A stretch of DNA of 64,000 nt from Dictyostelium fasciculatum (taxonomy: Eukaryota). Under the pieces are notes generated by a model. The model ran no database searches and was not told the DNA's origin. It was given only the letters and a program-made list of their open reading frames with translations. Below are positions 48,112 through 60,418 of this stretch, piece by piece. Numbering within the stretch: the stretch's first letter is position 1; each line of letters opens with the position of its first letter. A program made the position numbers and the translations under genes. Where the stretch lies: assembly GCF_000203815.1 (NCBI RefSeq), contig NW_004457713.1:73358-137357 (forward strand). The letters are read 5' to 3'.

Positions 48112-50716
48112 ATGTCAGATATACCTTTAGGTTCTTTAAAGAATAGTGGAGGTTTCTATTATGAAACTCCAGGTAATGATAGCACTGATGAAAATCAACA
48201 ACAACAACAACAACCAATATTATCACAATCAACACCAGCACAGTCAACATCAACATCTGGGCAATATCAAACCTATCAAATAGTAAACTCTAATTCACCT
48301 GGTGCAATATTATCAACATCAGTTGATATACCAAATAGTAGTAATAATAATAACAATAACAATAATAATAATAATAATAATAATAATGGACCAAGAAAGA
48401 GATTACATCATTCACTTGATCCAAATGCATTGGATGGAGATGAAGGGTCACAATTATCATTATCTAGAACAATGGCAACACCAGATACACCATTGACATA
48501 CAAAGACTATGGTATTACCGATGATACTAGTGCATTAGAGGCAAGAAGAACCATTCAAAATCATATGTTTGGTTTCAGACCTTTCAAATCGAAAATCACA
48601 AAAAAGAATATCGATGATCATTCACCAGAGGTTAGACAATTGTATTTGGATGGTGGTCCAACAAGTTCATACAGAGGTATCAATACTATTGGCAATTATG
48701 TTTATTCTATCTTTTTTGGTTCCCTTTTATATTTAATATTTGTTTTATTATCCTTTATTTTAACGTATGTAAACAGAAATATTGAATATTAAATCAACAA
48801 CTATTTATTAATCTCTCTTTTTTAATTTCTTTTATTTTTTAGAATAACATATTTTGGATTCCCATTTGCAAAGATATTATGGGATATGAAAGGATTTGTG
48901 TTATGGCCTTTTGGTAAATACTTGCAATTGGCATTGAATCAATATGCATCGTTGGGTGGTTCAGATATGGATGGTGAAAAACAACCGTTGAGAGGTACCA
49001 GTAGAACTTCATATGCTTCCTTGAGTAATCCAATCAAGGATAGATCGAGTCTATCAATCAATATTGGTCGTGTCCTTTACTATCTATTGGCAGCTCCCAT
49101 TCTCATTTTATTCCATGGTATCATAATGGCATTTACTTGGTTGATCGTTGTTATGATTCCAACCTCTAAAATGCAATCTAAAATTCTTTGGAATCTTTTG
49201 GCAAATCCACTTTTGGTTAGACAATCCATTTCACCTCGTTCTGATTGTCAAATCATTAATTTCCCTGTTGAAGCTATCAATCGTATTTATTATAAATATA
49301 CTTTAAATGGAATGAATATTTGTTTGGTTAGTATGTATATAGAAAAAAATACAAAAAATATAATTAATTATTATTATTACTTGTTTCATTCATTATATTA
49401 ATCTAATTTTTTTTTTTTTTTTTTTTTTAGATTTATTACCATTTGTAATTTTATCATTAATATTTGGATACTTTTTAGAACATGTTATTCATCCAGTTGT
49501 TATATTCCTTTGTTGTATATTATCGACCATTCCATTGTCCTATTATAATGGTATGGCGATTGCTAGTTTATCGGCACAGACTAGTTTTGCTGTCGGTGCT
49601 TTGATCAACGCTAGTTTTGGATCAATCATTGAGTTGATTCTCTACATTGTCACCATCAATGGCCAACAAGAAGAGGTTGCTCGTTCAGCCCTGACCGGTG
49701 CACTTTTGGGTGCCATGTTGTTGATTCCAGGTCTGTCGATGGTGATTGGTGGCATCAAACACAAGGAACAAAAGTTTAACCCAACCGTCATGGGTGTCAG
49801 CACTGCCTTGTTGACGGTGGCTGTTATCGGTGCGTTTGCACCAACCATCTTTTACAAGATCTATGGCAACTACTCGCTCTCGTGCACTGGTTGTACCGAT
49901 GTGACTGGAGCTATGAGTTGCACGAATTGTGCCTATGTTCAAAGTGACTTGGATGACGATCCCGTCTACACTGGTAAGGCTCGTACTCTTATGTACATCA
50001 TCTCTGGTACATTGCCCGTAGCCTATCTCGTCGGTCTCTTGTTTACACTAAAGACACACACTCACATCCTCCATCCAATCGAAGACAAAAAGGAAAAGGG
50101 TCATGGTCACAATAGCAACGGCGAAGCATCTGTTGAAAGTGAATGGAGCAAGAAACAATGTATCATTGTCCTTTGTATATGTACCACCATGTTTGCTTTG
50201 GTCTCTGAGAAACTCGTCGAATCGATCGATCCAGTTGTTCAACTACTCGGTCTCACCCACGAATTCCTTGGTGTCACCATTCTAGGTATCATCCCATCCG
50301 CCGCCGAATACCTAAATGCCATCCAATTTGCACTCAACAATAACATGCCACTCGCACTTGAAATTGGTGCATCAGCTGCCGTCCAAATCACTCTTTTCCA
50401 AATGCCAGTATTAGTATTTATTTCTGCCATTTTAAATCATTTGTAAGTCAAAACAAAAAAATATAAATAATAATAATAATTATAATAATCATAATTTCAT
50501 CGATATTAATTATTCAATTCTTTTAATATTTATAGGAGTAGTAATGGATCATTTACATTGATTTTCCCATTAATTGATTTCTTTGCGGTATTCTTTGGAG
50601 TGATTGTAATGAATGTTATTTTCAGTAATGGTAAAACCAATTATTTCATTGGTTCAACTCTTTGTATTGTTTATTTAATCATTGTATTTGCTTTCTTCTT
50701 TACTCCCGATTCTTAA
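48112..50716 (+). CDS. Vacuolar Ca2+/H+ exchanger (CaCA/CAX family) with a long low-complexity N-terminus, about 4 exons (48112-~48770, ~48885-49335, ~49430-50445, ~50535-50716)
   Basis: Two alpha-repeat regions (GSIIELILYIVTI... and ILGIIPSAAEYLNAIQFALNNNMPLALEIGASAAVQITLFQMP) and 10-11 TM segments. A poly-N tract is at 48340-48390. Confidence 0.8.
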
Positions 50717-51232
50717 CATTTATCAAAAAAAAAAAATAAAACTTTAAAATACATACATACATATTTATATTATAATAAATAATCATACACAAAAGAGTGA
50801 TCATTATAAAATTAAATTTCATTCAATTCCACACATTAATATGTGCACATATTGATGACCTGTTGTTTTTGTAGAGGAAGCGTCTTCTGAAGGTACCTTT
50901 TGTATTGTTTTCGCGGTGTGAGTCAAAAATATCAAAAGAAGCTCATCTGGCTCTTCTCTTTGTATTTTTAGGGGGTTTTTTACAACCTTTGGGAGAAGCA
51001 AGTTCCCGGGCTGATAGTCAATCGAGAATCAACCTGTTCAAGATATTCTTCTCTGATGATTCAATTTAAAAATGAAATTCCAAAGAAAATTGGTGATTAC
51101 ACAAAGCAATAGAAAAACATAAATAGTTGGTCAATAGACTCTTTTTAAATCATTCAATTAAATCAACAACCAAGCAATCAATCAAATATAAATAATTAAC
51201 TTATTTGTTTTATAACTCATATATATTCTAAA

Positions 51233-52000
51233 ATGTCACAACCAACTTTTTATTATGTATGTTGCGAACTATAGATGAAGTAGTTAGACCAAACTCATAT
51301 TCTTTTACTAACCAATCAATCTTTTTAATTTTTAGTTTAACGGAAGAGGAAAGGGAGAAGTAGTACGTCTCTTGTTAACCTTTGCAGGTGTCTCATTCAA
51401 GGATGTTAGAGTAGAGAATATTGATGATGCCCTTAGAGCTCGTCTCCCATTTGGTCAAATTCCATTCTTTGAAGACAATGAAATCGAATTGGCTCAATCC
51501 GGATCAATCATTAGATACGTCGCTCAAAAGTACAAGATTGCTGGTGACAATAATGTAGATATTGCCCATGGTGATGCCATCATTGAATCAATCTGGGATG
51601 TCTTGACTCCATACTGGCAAACAAAGGACAACGAAGAAAAGTTCAACAAGTACAAGACTGAAACTATTCCAAAGTTTTTAACCAGATGGGAAGAATTACT
51701 CTTGAAAAATGGTGGTAAACAATTTGTGTATGTATAACAAACATTTAATCATCAAATAATAATAATGGTATTTTATCATTATACTAATCCATATCAATTT
51801 ATTAATACTATTATAGTGGAAAATCATTAACATCAGCTGATATTGCAGTCTTCCATGCCATTGATCATTTGAATTTCTTAAAGGTATACCAACTTGAAAC
51901 CACCAAGTACCCAACTCTTTCTGCTCTCTATACTACTGTTTCTGAAGTACCAGCTTTGAAGACTTATTTGGCTGCCAGAGCTACTGATTCAAAGTTTTAA
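51233..52000 (+). CDS. Sigma-class glutathione S-transferase / prostaglandin-D-synthase-like, 3 exons (51233-51256, 51323-51738, 51807-52000)
   Basis: MSQPTFYY|FNGRGKGEVVRLLLTFAGVSFKD (a classic sigma GST start). ...FGQIPFFEDNEIELAQSGSIIRYVA. C-terminal exon ...SADIAVFHAIDHL.... Introns are GTATGT...TTTTAG / ...TATAG, in phase. Confidence 0.85.
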
Positions 52001-52365
52001 ATCAACAATCATAGTAGAGTGTATAAAAAAAATTAATTTAAATAAATATAAAATATATATATATTGTCAATACTAAAGTAATGTGTATCAATATATCCTG
52101 GGTATGATGATGACCAGGATACTTTTCAATACCACTTTTAAATATTTAATTGTCTCCGAATAAGATACTAATTTAGGGACTTGTTGGGAAAAATAAATAT
52201 CTTTTTCCAAAGGGGATTTAAAAATTTATTTTTCGGTTCAATCAATGTTGCATTGTTCGAATCTCATCACCTCTTCCCTCCTCCTATCGGACTATAGATG
52301 CATTGTAATACATTGTGTAATAATAGTCGTATATATATATAGGTAGAAGAGGGTGAAGGAGAGGA

Positions 52366-53952
52366 ATGAGCATAGAAAATATTAGTCACAATCATACAGA
52401 GAAATCACCTCTTTTAAATGAGCAACAACATGTATCTTTACCAATCAATAATGATGACAGTACTGCGACAATAACAAAGACACCATCAGCTACACCTACA
52501 ACAACCCAAAGAAAAAGAGTACTTTCATTAGACACTGTTAGAGGATTAACTATATTTGGAATGATGTATGTAGTGTAGTAAACATTGATAGTATACTGTC
52601 ATGTGTCTCTCTCTCTCTAACTTTTGTATTTAAATATATATATATAGCTTAGTTGATAATCAAGGAGGACCACAAGTTATTTGGCCACTTCTTGAAACAG
52701 AATGGAATGGACTTTCAACAGCCGATTTAATCTTTCCATCTTTTCTCTTTATTTGTGGTTTCTCGGTCGCTTTGGCTTTAAAATCGGCAAAGAATGATAT
52801 TAAAAGTAATTATTATTATTAATCACATTTAGAATATATGTGCTCTCCTTTTCTAATATTATCTCTTTATCTTTTTTTTATTAGCATGGTACAATATTAT
52901 AAGAAGAACATTATTATTGTTTTTTATTCAAGCATTCCTTAATTTAATGGCACATAAATTCGTATTTGATAGTTTTAGAGTTATGGGGTATATTATGTTG
53001 GATGGATCATATGTGAATGAATCATTTACTAATTTGATTTATTTCATTATTTAGAGTATTACAAAGAATATCAATATGTTATTTTGCATGTTGTTGTAGT
53101 TTCTTGTTACTACCACTTGTTGGACAAAGAATATTTTTAGTTGCTTGTGCTGCCATCTATCTATCTGTGATGTATGGATTAGATGTTCCTGGTTGTGGTA
53201 GAGGTGTTCTTACTCCATCTTGTAATGCTGGTTCTTATATTGATAATTCGGTTCTAGGTGCTAATATGTATGTGAAACTTAAAACAAACCTAGTTGTTGT
53301 GGTATACCACAACAATATTAATGATTTAATTAATTTTTATATTTATTTATTTCCTATTAGGATTCATCCAAATGATCCAGAAGGATTATTATCAACATTT
53401 AGTGCATTTATAACAACATGGATGGGATTAGAATTAGGTAGAATATTTACCCGATTCTATAGAAAACATGATTATGCTCATTTGAATATTCTAATTCGTT
53501 GGATTGGTATCGCAGTTGTATTTGGTGTGACTGGTATTGCATTGGGTGTAACAAAGATGCCAGTCAACAAATTAATTTGGAGTTTTAGTTTTGCTCTGAT
53601 TACAGTGGCCTGTGGATCACTTTTAATTAGTGTAGCATACTATCTATTAGATGTCGTTGAATGGAGTCCAACTGTCAAACGTCATATTGAATTCTCTATT
53701 CAACCATTTATGTGGATCGGTATGAACCCAATATCAATCTACACTCTGATGATCTTTATTGAAATCATATTTATGTTTTATCTTCACACGTCTGATGGAA
53801 CGTCGTTGTGGACGGCCATCTATGAAAAAATGTATCTCACATGGCTACGTAATGGCTATCTTGCTAGTACTGTCTTTTCACTTGGTTGGTTTGCATTCTT
53901 TGATTTCATTGCCTTTTTAATGTTTAAATTTAATATTATCATTAAATTATAA
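52366..53952 (+). CDS. Heparan-alpha-glucosaminide N-acetyltransferase (HGSNAT/TMEM76)-like multipass membrane protein, about 5 exons
   Basis: RVLSLDTVRGLTIFGMM| (the family's N-terminal signature), then |LVDNQGGPQVIWPLLETEWNGLSTADLIFPSFLFICGFSVALA..., and further TM exons ending in ORF 53104-53952. Confidence 0.75.
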
Positions 53953-54873
53953 AATCTAAACTAAATAAATATTATTTATTATTTTTAAATTTAACCTCCT
54001 CCTCCTCCTCCTCCATGAATTATTTATTAATAATGATAATAATATTATTATTATCTTTCAACACAAGATGTGATTGTTGTGACGATGCAATTGTGTTTTA
54101 GAATCATTAGGTGTCCAATAAACTGGGTTTCCAATTTTTGTCGCCTCGTCATTCTTCCCAGATTTAACCATCCTTTTTTATGATTATTCTAGTGAAAATT
54201 ATTCTTTAAGCATTTTTAGAATAAGAATTTAATTATATATAGCAACAAAGGGTGATCGATTTGAGCATAAACTCAAACAACACAACAAACATTCTCTTAT
54301 TTTTACTTTATATATAGATAATTAAAAGGTAATACAAACTAAAACATTTTATGATTATCTATCAATAGATCGTCGATGTAGATTTGCTTGCTATGCTCTC
54401 TGCTGTGCAACCCATCACACAAAATATATTTGATAACACACTCACACAATACCCTCCTTCATCCACAAAAAGAAAGGAAACCCCTTATTATCAAAGGTTT
54501 ATATTATATTCCATACTAAATATATATCTCTCAATCTCTTTATCTCATTAACAAATATATTATAGTTTTTTTTTTACTATCAGTATCAGTACTAGGAGAT
54601 AATACAATCACAGTCGTCAGTAGTGTTATCTTTTAAATCTAAAATCAATCTAGAATTAGAATAGTTCATTAACTCTTCATCCTCTTCATTTTTTTCCTCT
54701 TCATCCACTTCTACTTCCTCCTCCTCCTCCTCTTCTTCTTCTTTTAATTGTTAAATACATATACATTTTTTCATATGTAATCTTCGTTTATCCTCTTCTT
54801 CCTCTTCATCCATCCTTTTAAAAAAAAAATCCTCTTCATCCTCCATCCATTATTATATTATTCTATATAGATC

Positions 54874-55944
54874 ATGAACATATTACTATTATTATTAAGT
54901 TTAATAATTGGTTGTTCAACTTTAGTAAATGGACAAGTTAATTGTGTCACTACACCTAGTGACAGTAGTTGTGTAAACTATCAATATCCAATTCAAAACA
55001 TTACACAGGATATTGGATCGTTGTGTGGACAGATGAAATTCATGGCACTGTGTGACATTCAACAACAATGTCAAACGATTGACAGTCAATCGGGTGTCTG
55101 CAATCCATTCTCAATCTTGGCAGACGGTTGTCAAGCCGATATGCCAAAGATGGGTGGTTGTAGCAACTACAACAGTCTCTGTGGCAATGGATCGGTCGTC
55201 CAACAATGCACCAAGTACCAAATGATTCCATCGCTTCCACAAACCAAACAACTCTCGCAATATGTCTATAGCATTTGCACGTCGATGAACATGGATGCCT
55301 GTTCGCAATGCACCATTCCACCAACCTACTCTATGCTCCAATGCGACGTCATGAATGTCTACACTCAACTCTGTCAGCAGATGCCAGACATGACTGAATG
55401 TGCTTCATGGAAATCAATGTGCGAACCAGGTACCCTCCTCCAAACCAGTTCACTCAACACTGTCTATTGTGAGCTGCCAGTTGGCGAGCAGATCCCATTG
55501 ATGCGTATGTTTTTCCATACTGGCATTCTCGACTATATCTTGTTTGAAACTTGGGTGCCACGTACCAGAAACCAATTCATTGGCTATTGGTTTCTCATCT
55601 TTTTCGCCGCCATCATTTTCGAGTGTGAAAAGACTCTCCGTTCAATCCTCGAGAAACGTTGGGAAGCCGAGAAACAACTTGCCAGAGACTTGGATATCAA
55701 CTCGAACGAATCTCTTGTCAGCAAGGGTATTTTCAAAGGAACCTATCCAACCTTTAACCTAAAGGTTGATCTACTCAGAGGTTTCCTCCACGGTTTCGAA
55801 TTGACACTCTCCTACCTTTTAATGTTGGTTGCCATGACCTTTAACGTTGCTCTCTTCTTTGCTGTCATTGCCGGTACGATAGCTGGTAACGTTGCTGTTG
55901 GTCGTTACCGTAGTTTTAAACCAAAAGTAACTTGTTGCGATTAA
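54874..55944 (+). CDS. Ctr-family copper transporter with a large Cys-rich N-terminal ectodomain (p80-like), single exon
   Basis: Signal peptide. About 24 Cys in the first 190 aa. The C-terminus has three TM helices with MxxxM (LLMLVAM) and GxxxG (IAGTIAGNVAVG) Ctr motifs. Confidence 0.7.
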   Translation: MNILLLLLSLIIGCSTLVNGQVNCVTTPSDSSCVNYQYPIQNITQDIGSLCGQMKFMALCDIQQQCQTIDSQSGVCNPFSILADGCQADMPKMGGCSNYNSLCGNGSVVQQCTKYQMIPSLPQTKQLSQYVYSICTSMNMDACSQCTIPPTYSMLQCDVMNVYTQLCQQMPDMTECASWKSMCEPGTLLQTSSLNTVYCELPVGEQIPLMRMFFHTGILDYILFETWVPRTRNQFIGYWFLIFFAAIIFECEKTLRSILEKRWEAEKQLARDLDINSNESLVSKGIFKGTYPTFNLKVDLLRGFLHGFELTLSYLLMLVAMTFNVALFFAVIAGTIAGNVAVGRYRSFKPKVTCCD

Positions 55945-56269
55945 ATTAAAAATCTCTTTCTCTCCCTCTCTCCTCCTCCTCCTCTTCATCCAAACAACCC
56001 AAAAAAAACAAAGAACAAGAATAATAATAATAGAAATCCAATCCCCATTTTTTATTCTTCTCTCTATTTTTTAGATAAACCAAAAGTCACATGATGCGAC
56101 CACCATCAATCCAAAAACCAAAAGTTCTTCTTCTACTACTCCTCCTCATCAAATTAAACAAGAATAATAAAATCATCCCAAACAAATCAAAATATCTTGT
56201 GAAATTTTAGAATAAAGACATGAATTTAAAGTAGAAGTAGTTTCATTTTCATATTTGTTTAATTAAATA

Positions 56270-57230
56270 ATGTCATCATCATTACAACCAGGAGTACATA
56301 AAACAGCACTTGGATTTCAAAACAATTCAGCTCAAACCTATGTTAAAGGTAGACCAAGTCTTCCATTAGAGACTATTGATTTTATAAAGAACAAGTTTAA
56401 TCTAAAAGAAAATAATATCATTGTTGATTTGGCATCTGGTATGTTTAACATATATATATATTATATAGTTTTAAAATTACAACAAAAAGGTAACATTGAC
56501 TCTATCTATTGTTGAATGATACACTCATGTAGGAACTGGTAAATTTACAGAATTATTATTTGGGTATGGCGGATTTAATAATATTACTTGTGTTGAACCA
56601 AGTGCTGATTTTAGAGATGCTTGTTCACAAATATTACAATCGATTATTGATAATACAGAGGATCAAGATACAAGAGAAAAGAAACAATTCAAGGTATTAG
56701 ATGGTACAGCTATATCGATACCATTGGCCGATAACTCTGTTGATGCATTATTTGCATCACAAGCATTCCATTGGTTTGCCAATGATGATGCCATCAAAGA
56801 GATGGTACGTGTACTCAAACCAGGTGCACCATTAATCTTGGTGTGGTGTGAAGCGGATCTAAGCAACCCAATGGTTAAAGCTACCACTGATATCTATCGA
56901 GTCAAGTATGCTAATCTCGACGACCCAAATCCACAATTCCGGTCGTATGAATGGATTAAGGTATTTGAGCAACCAAGTGAACAAACAAAGTCACTCATCA
57001 ATCTACCATTGGGTAGTGACAAGACATTCAAGATGAACCATCATCTTACCAGAGACACTCTTCTAGCACGTATCTATTCTATCTCTTTTATATCTCTACT
57101 GTCAGATGACCGCAAACAAGAATTGAAAAAAGATATTCTAAATGTCATTGACACTTTAAAAGATTACAAAGATAAAGAATCATTTGATTGTCCTTATCGT
57201 GTTGAAATTTATTTTACTACTAAAAAGTAA
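56270..57230 (+). CDS. Class-I SAM-dependent methyltransferase (Methyltransf_11; Crg1/Tmt1-like), copy 1, 2 exons (56270-56446, ~56527-57230)
   Basis: Motif I IVDLASG|TGKFTELL spans the intron. Then ...LKPGAPLILVW... and DALFASQAFHWF. Confidence 0.8.
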
Positions 57231-57463
57231 CAAAAGTAAAAGTAAAAAGTAGGTAGTATTAATATTACCTGCCCAATTAATTAATTAATAAAAAAAATAA
57301 AAAAAAAGAATTTAAAAAAAATCGGGAGCAAGTCGAGTCTCATCATTATTAGTCACATGAGTTCAGATCTTTAGAACAAGACCATCCCCCATACCCATTC
57401 TTCCAACTACACATTCTTTGCTTTATACAATTTGTAGTTTAAAAAGAGAGAGATAGATAAAAG

Positions 57464-58986
57464 ATGATAAAGAATACAGTAAAGAGTCTAGTTGGTATCT
57501 CTTCAAGAAATATCAACTCTGCTGCATTGTGTAGCCATGTAAATAAATCATCATTCATCACAAAGAGACAATATGCTACCCTTTCTACTCCTTCTAATGC
57601 TGCTGGTAAGTGAAAAACAAAGATACACACAAACTATAGTTAGTTTACTTATATATTCTCTATTATTATTACTTTAATGTAGAAATGGTTCAACCAATTT
57701 ATTTAGATATGCAAGCAACTACACCAATAGATCCAAGAGTATTAGATGCAATGTTACCTTTATATACTGAGAGTTATGGTAATCCTCATTCAAAGACTCA
57801 TCAATATGGTTGGACTTCAAATGATTATGTAGAAAATGCAAGAGAAGTATGTAGTAGAAAGATAAAGAAGACAAAGTAGAATAACATATCACTCTTTCAC
57901 GTACACTTACTTACTTACTTTTTATTTTATTTATAGCAAGTATCAAAGACAATTAAAGCAGATCCAAAAGAGATTATATTTACATCAGGTGCAACTGAAT
58001 CAAATAATATAGCAATTAAAGGTGTTGCAAGATTCTACAAGGAGAAAAAGAATCATATCATCACTACAGAGACTGATCATAAATGTGTATTGGATTCATG
58101 TCGTCATTTAGAGACTGAAGGATTCGAGGTAACCTATCTAAAGGTGAAACAAAACGGTATCATTGATTTGGAGGAACTTGAAAATGCAATTACACCACAA
58201 ACTAGTTTGGTCAGTATCATGGCCGTCAACAATGAAATCGGTGTCATTCAACCACTCAAAGAGATTGGTGCCATCTGCAAAAAGAAGGGTACCTTTTTCC
58301 ACACTGATGCAGCTCAAGCTGTCGGCAAGATCAAGATGGACGTCAACGAGATGAACATTGACCTCTTGTCTATATCTGGACACAAGTTGTACGGACCAAA
58401 GGGTATTGGTGCCCTCTACCTCCGTCGTCGTCCACGTGTTAGAGTCGAGTCAATCATTAGTGGTGGTGGACAAGAACGTGGTATCCGTTCAGGTACCCTC
58501 CCATCGACATTGATCACTGGGTTTGGAAAGGCATGTCAAATTGCAATGGACGAGATGGAACGTGATAAAAAGTGGATCAAGTTCCTCTATGACCGTCTTT
58601 TGGCTGGTATCACTGCCAATATTACACACGTCAAGATCAATGGTGACGAGGAGCTTCGTTACTATGGCAATTTGAATATCTCGTTTTCCTATGTCGAGGG
58701 TGAGAGTTTGTTGATGGCCATCAAGGATGTCGCATGCTCTAGTGGTAGTGCCTGTACATCTGCCTCTCTCGAACCATCCTATGTATTGCGTTCACTCGGT
58801 CTCGAAGAAGATATGGCCCACTCTTCGATTCGTTTTGGTATTGGCCGTTTCACTACCGTCAAGGAAATTGATTACACTATCGAATTACTTTCAAAACAAG
58901 TTCAACGTCTAAGAGATATGTCTCCACTTTGGGAAATGGTTCAAGAAGGTATTGATTTGAAAACTATTGAATGGAGTCAACATTAA
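57464..58986 (+). CDS. nfs1: Mitochondrial cysteine desulfurase NFS1 (IscS), 3 exons (57464-57607, ~57681-57855, ~57938-58986)
   Basis: Presequence exon [23 protein letters not shown].... [19 protein letters not shown].... PLP Lys motif [17 protein letters not shown]. Active-site Cys loop SSGSACTS. Confidence 0.9.
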
Positions 58987-59303
58987 AAAAAAATAAAAGA
59001 AAAACAAATAAATAATAATAATAGTTATTTTTAAAAACTAAGAGGAATGATGGATGGATATATATATATTTGATTGTTTGTTTAAAAAGTCTAAATAGAT
59101 CTGTTAATGGATCGGTGAATGAGCCATAAGGATTAGGTGGTGGCAAGTACCCAAATTAATTTAATTAAATTGTCGTTTTTCGGCACGGTTTACGACTTTA
59201 GATTTTCCGCCTTGCCTTCAAAAACAGTATCTATTTAAGGCTTTATAAATTTAACATTTTCATCATTCTTTTTCTAAATTAAAATTAGATAACCAAACAA
59301 ATA

Positions 59304-60227
59304 ATGACATTACATGCATCAGCATTAGGATATCATAATAAGAAAACAACAGATTCTTATTTAAAGGGTAGACCAACATTACCTGTTGAACTTGTTGACT
59401 TTATCAACTCAAACTTTAATATTGACCACGATGCTAATATCGTTGATTTAGCTTCTGGTATGTGTCTTTCTAAAAAAAAAAGATGGTTGAATATATAGCA
59501 AACAACTGACTCGTCCTATCTACTTTTTATTTAGGTACTGGTAAATTTACAGAACTAATGTTTAGTTATGGTGGATTTAATAATATTACATGTGTTGAAC
59601 CAAGTCCCGATTTTAGAGATGCTTGTTCACAGATATTACAATCGGTTATTGATAATACAGAGGATCAACAAGTTAAAGTAAAGAAACAATTCAAGGTATT
59701 AGATGGTACAGCTACATCGATCCCATTGGCCGAATAACTCTGTCGATGCATTATTTGCATCACAAGCATTCCATTGGTTTGCCAATGATGATGCCATCAA
59801 AGAGATGGTACGTGTACTCAAACCAGGTGCACCATTAATCTTTGTATGGTGTGAAGCAGATACCTCATATCCATTGGTTAAAGCCACTACCGATATCTTT
59901 CACGAAAAGTACTATGATGGCTGTACACCACAATTCCGTGCTTACAAGTGGTTGAATCTCTTTACTAGTCCAAGTGAACAAACAAAGTCACTCATCAATC
60001 TACCATTAAACTGCAAGAAACCATTCCCAATGCTACCACATTTCAACCGTGACAGTCTTAGAGATAGAATCTTTTCCATCTCTTACATTTCTCTATTCTC
60101 TGACGAAAAGAAGAAACAAATGATGGATGAAGTCTATGCTGCCATTGACGCTCTACCAGAATACAAAGATAAAGAATCATTTGATTATCCTTACTTTGCT
60201 GAAACTTGGTGGACTTTTAAAAAGTAA
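59304..60227 (+). pseudogene. Methyltransferase copy 2: a paralogue of 56270-57230 with a +1 frameshift (extra A at ~59736, ...PLAE* instead of ...PLADNSVDALF). It is either a pseudogene or a sequencing error.
   Basis: The same exon/intron layout and about 80% protein identity to copy 1. The reading frame breaks, then resumes in another frame as ORF 59703-60227 (NSVDALFASQAFHWFANDDAIKEMVRVLKPGAPLIFVWCEAD...). Confidence 0.6.
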
Positions 60228-60418
60228 ACATATTAAATAAACACACACATTTTGTTGTTTGTCTTCCCCGTTTTGGGTGGGTAAAAAATTACTCGTTCGG
60301 CTTTTTTCTCTTTTTTTCTCAAACGAACGACAATTTGATTTGTATGAGCCAAGGTTCCTTTCTCTTATTGTATTCACATTTAAATTATATCTTTATTAGA
60401 GAGAGAGAAGAGAGAGAT

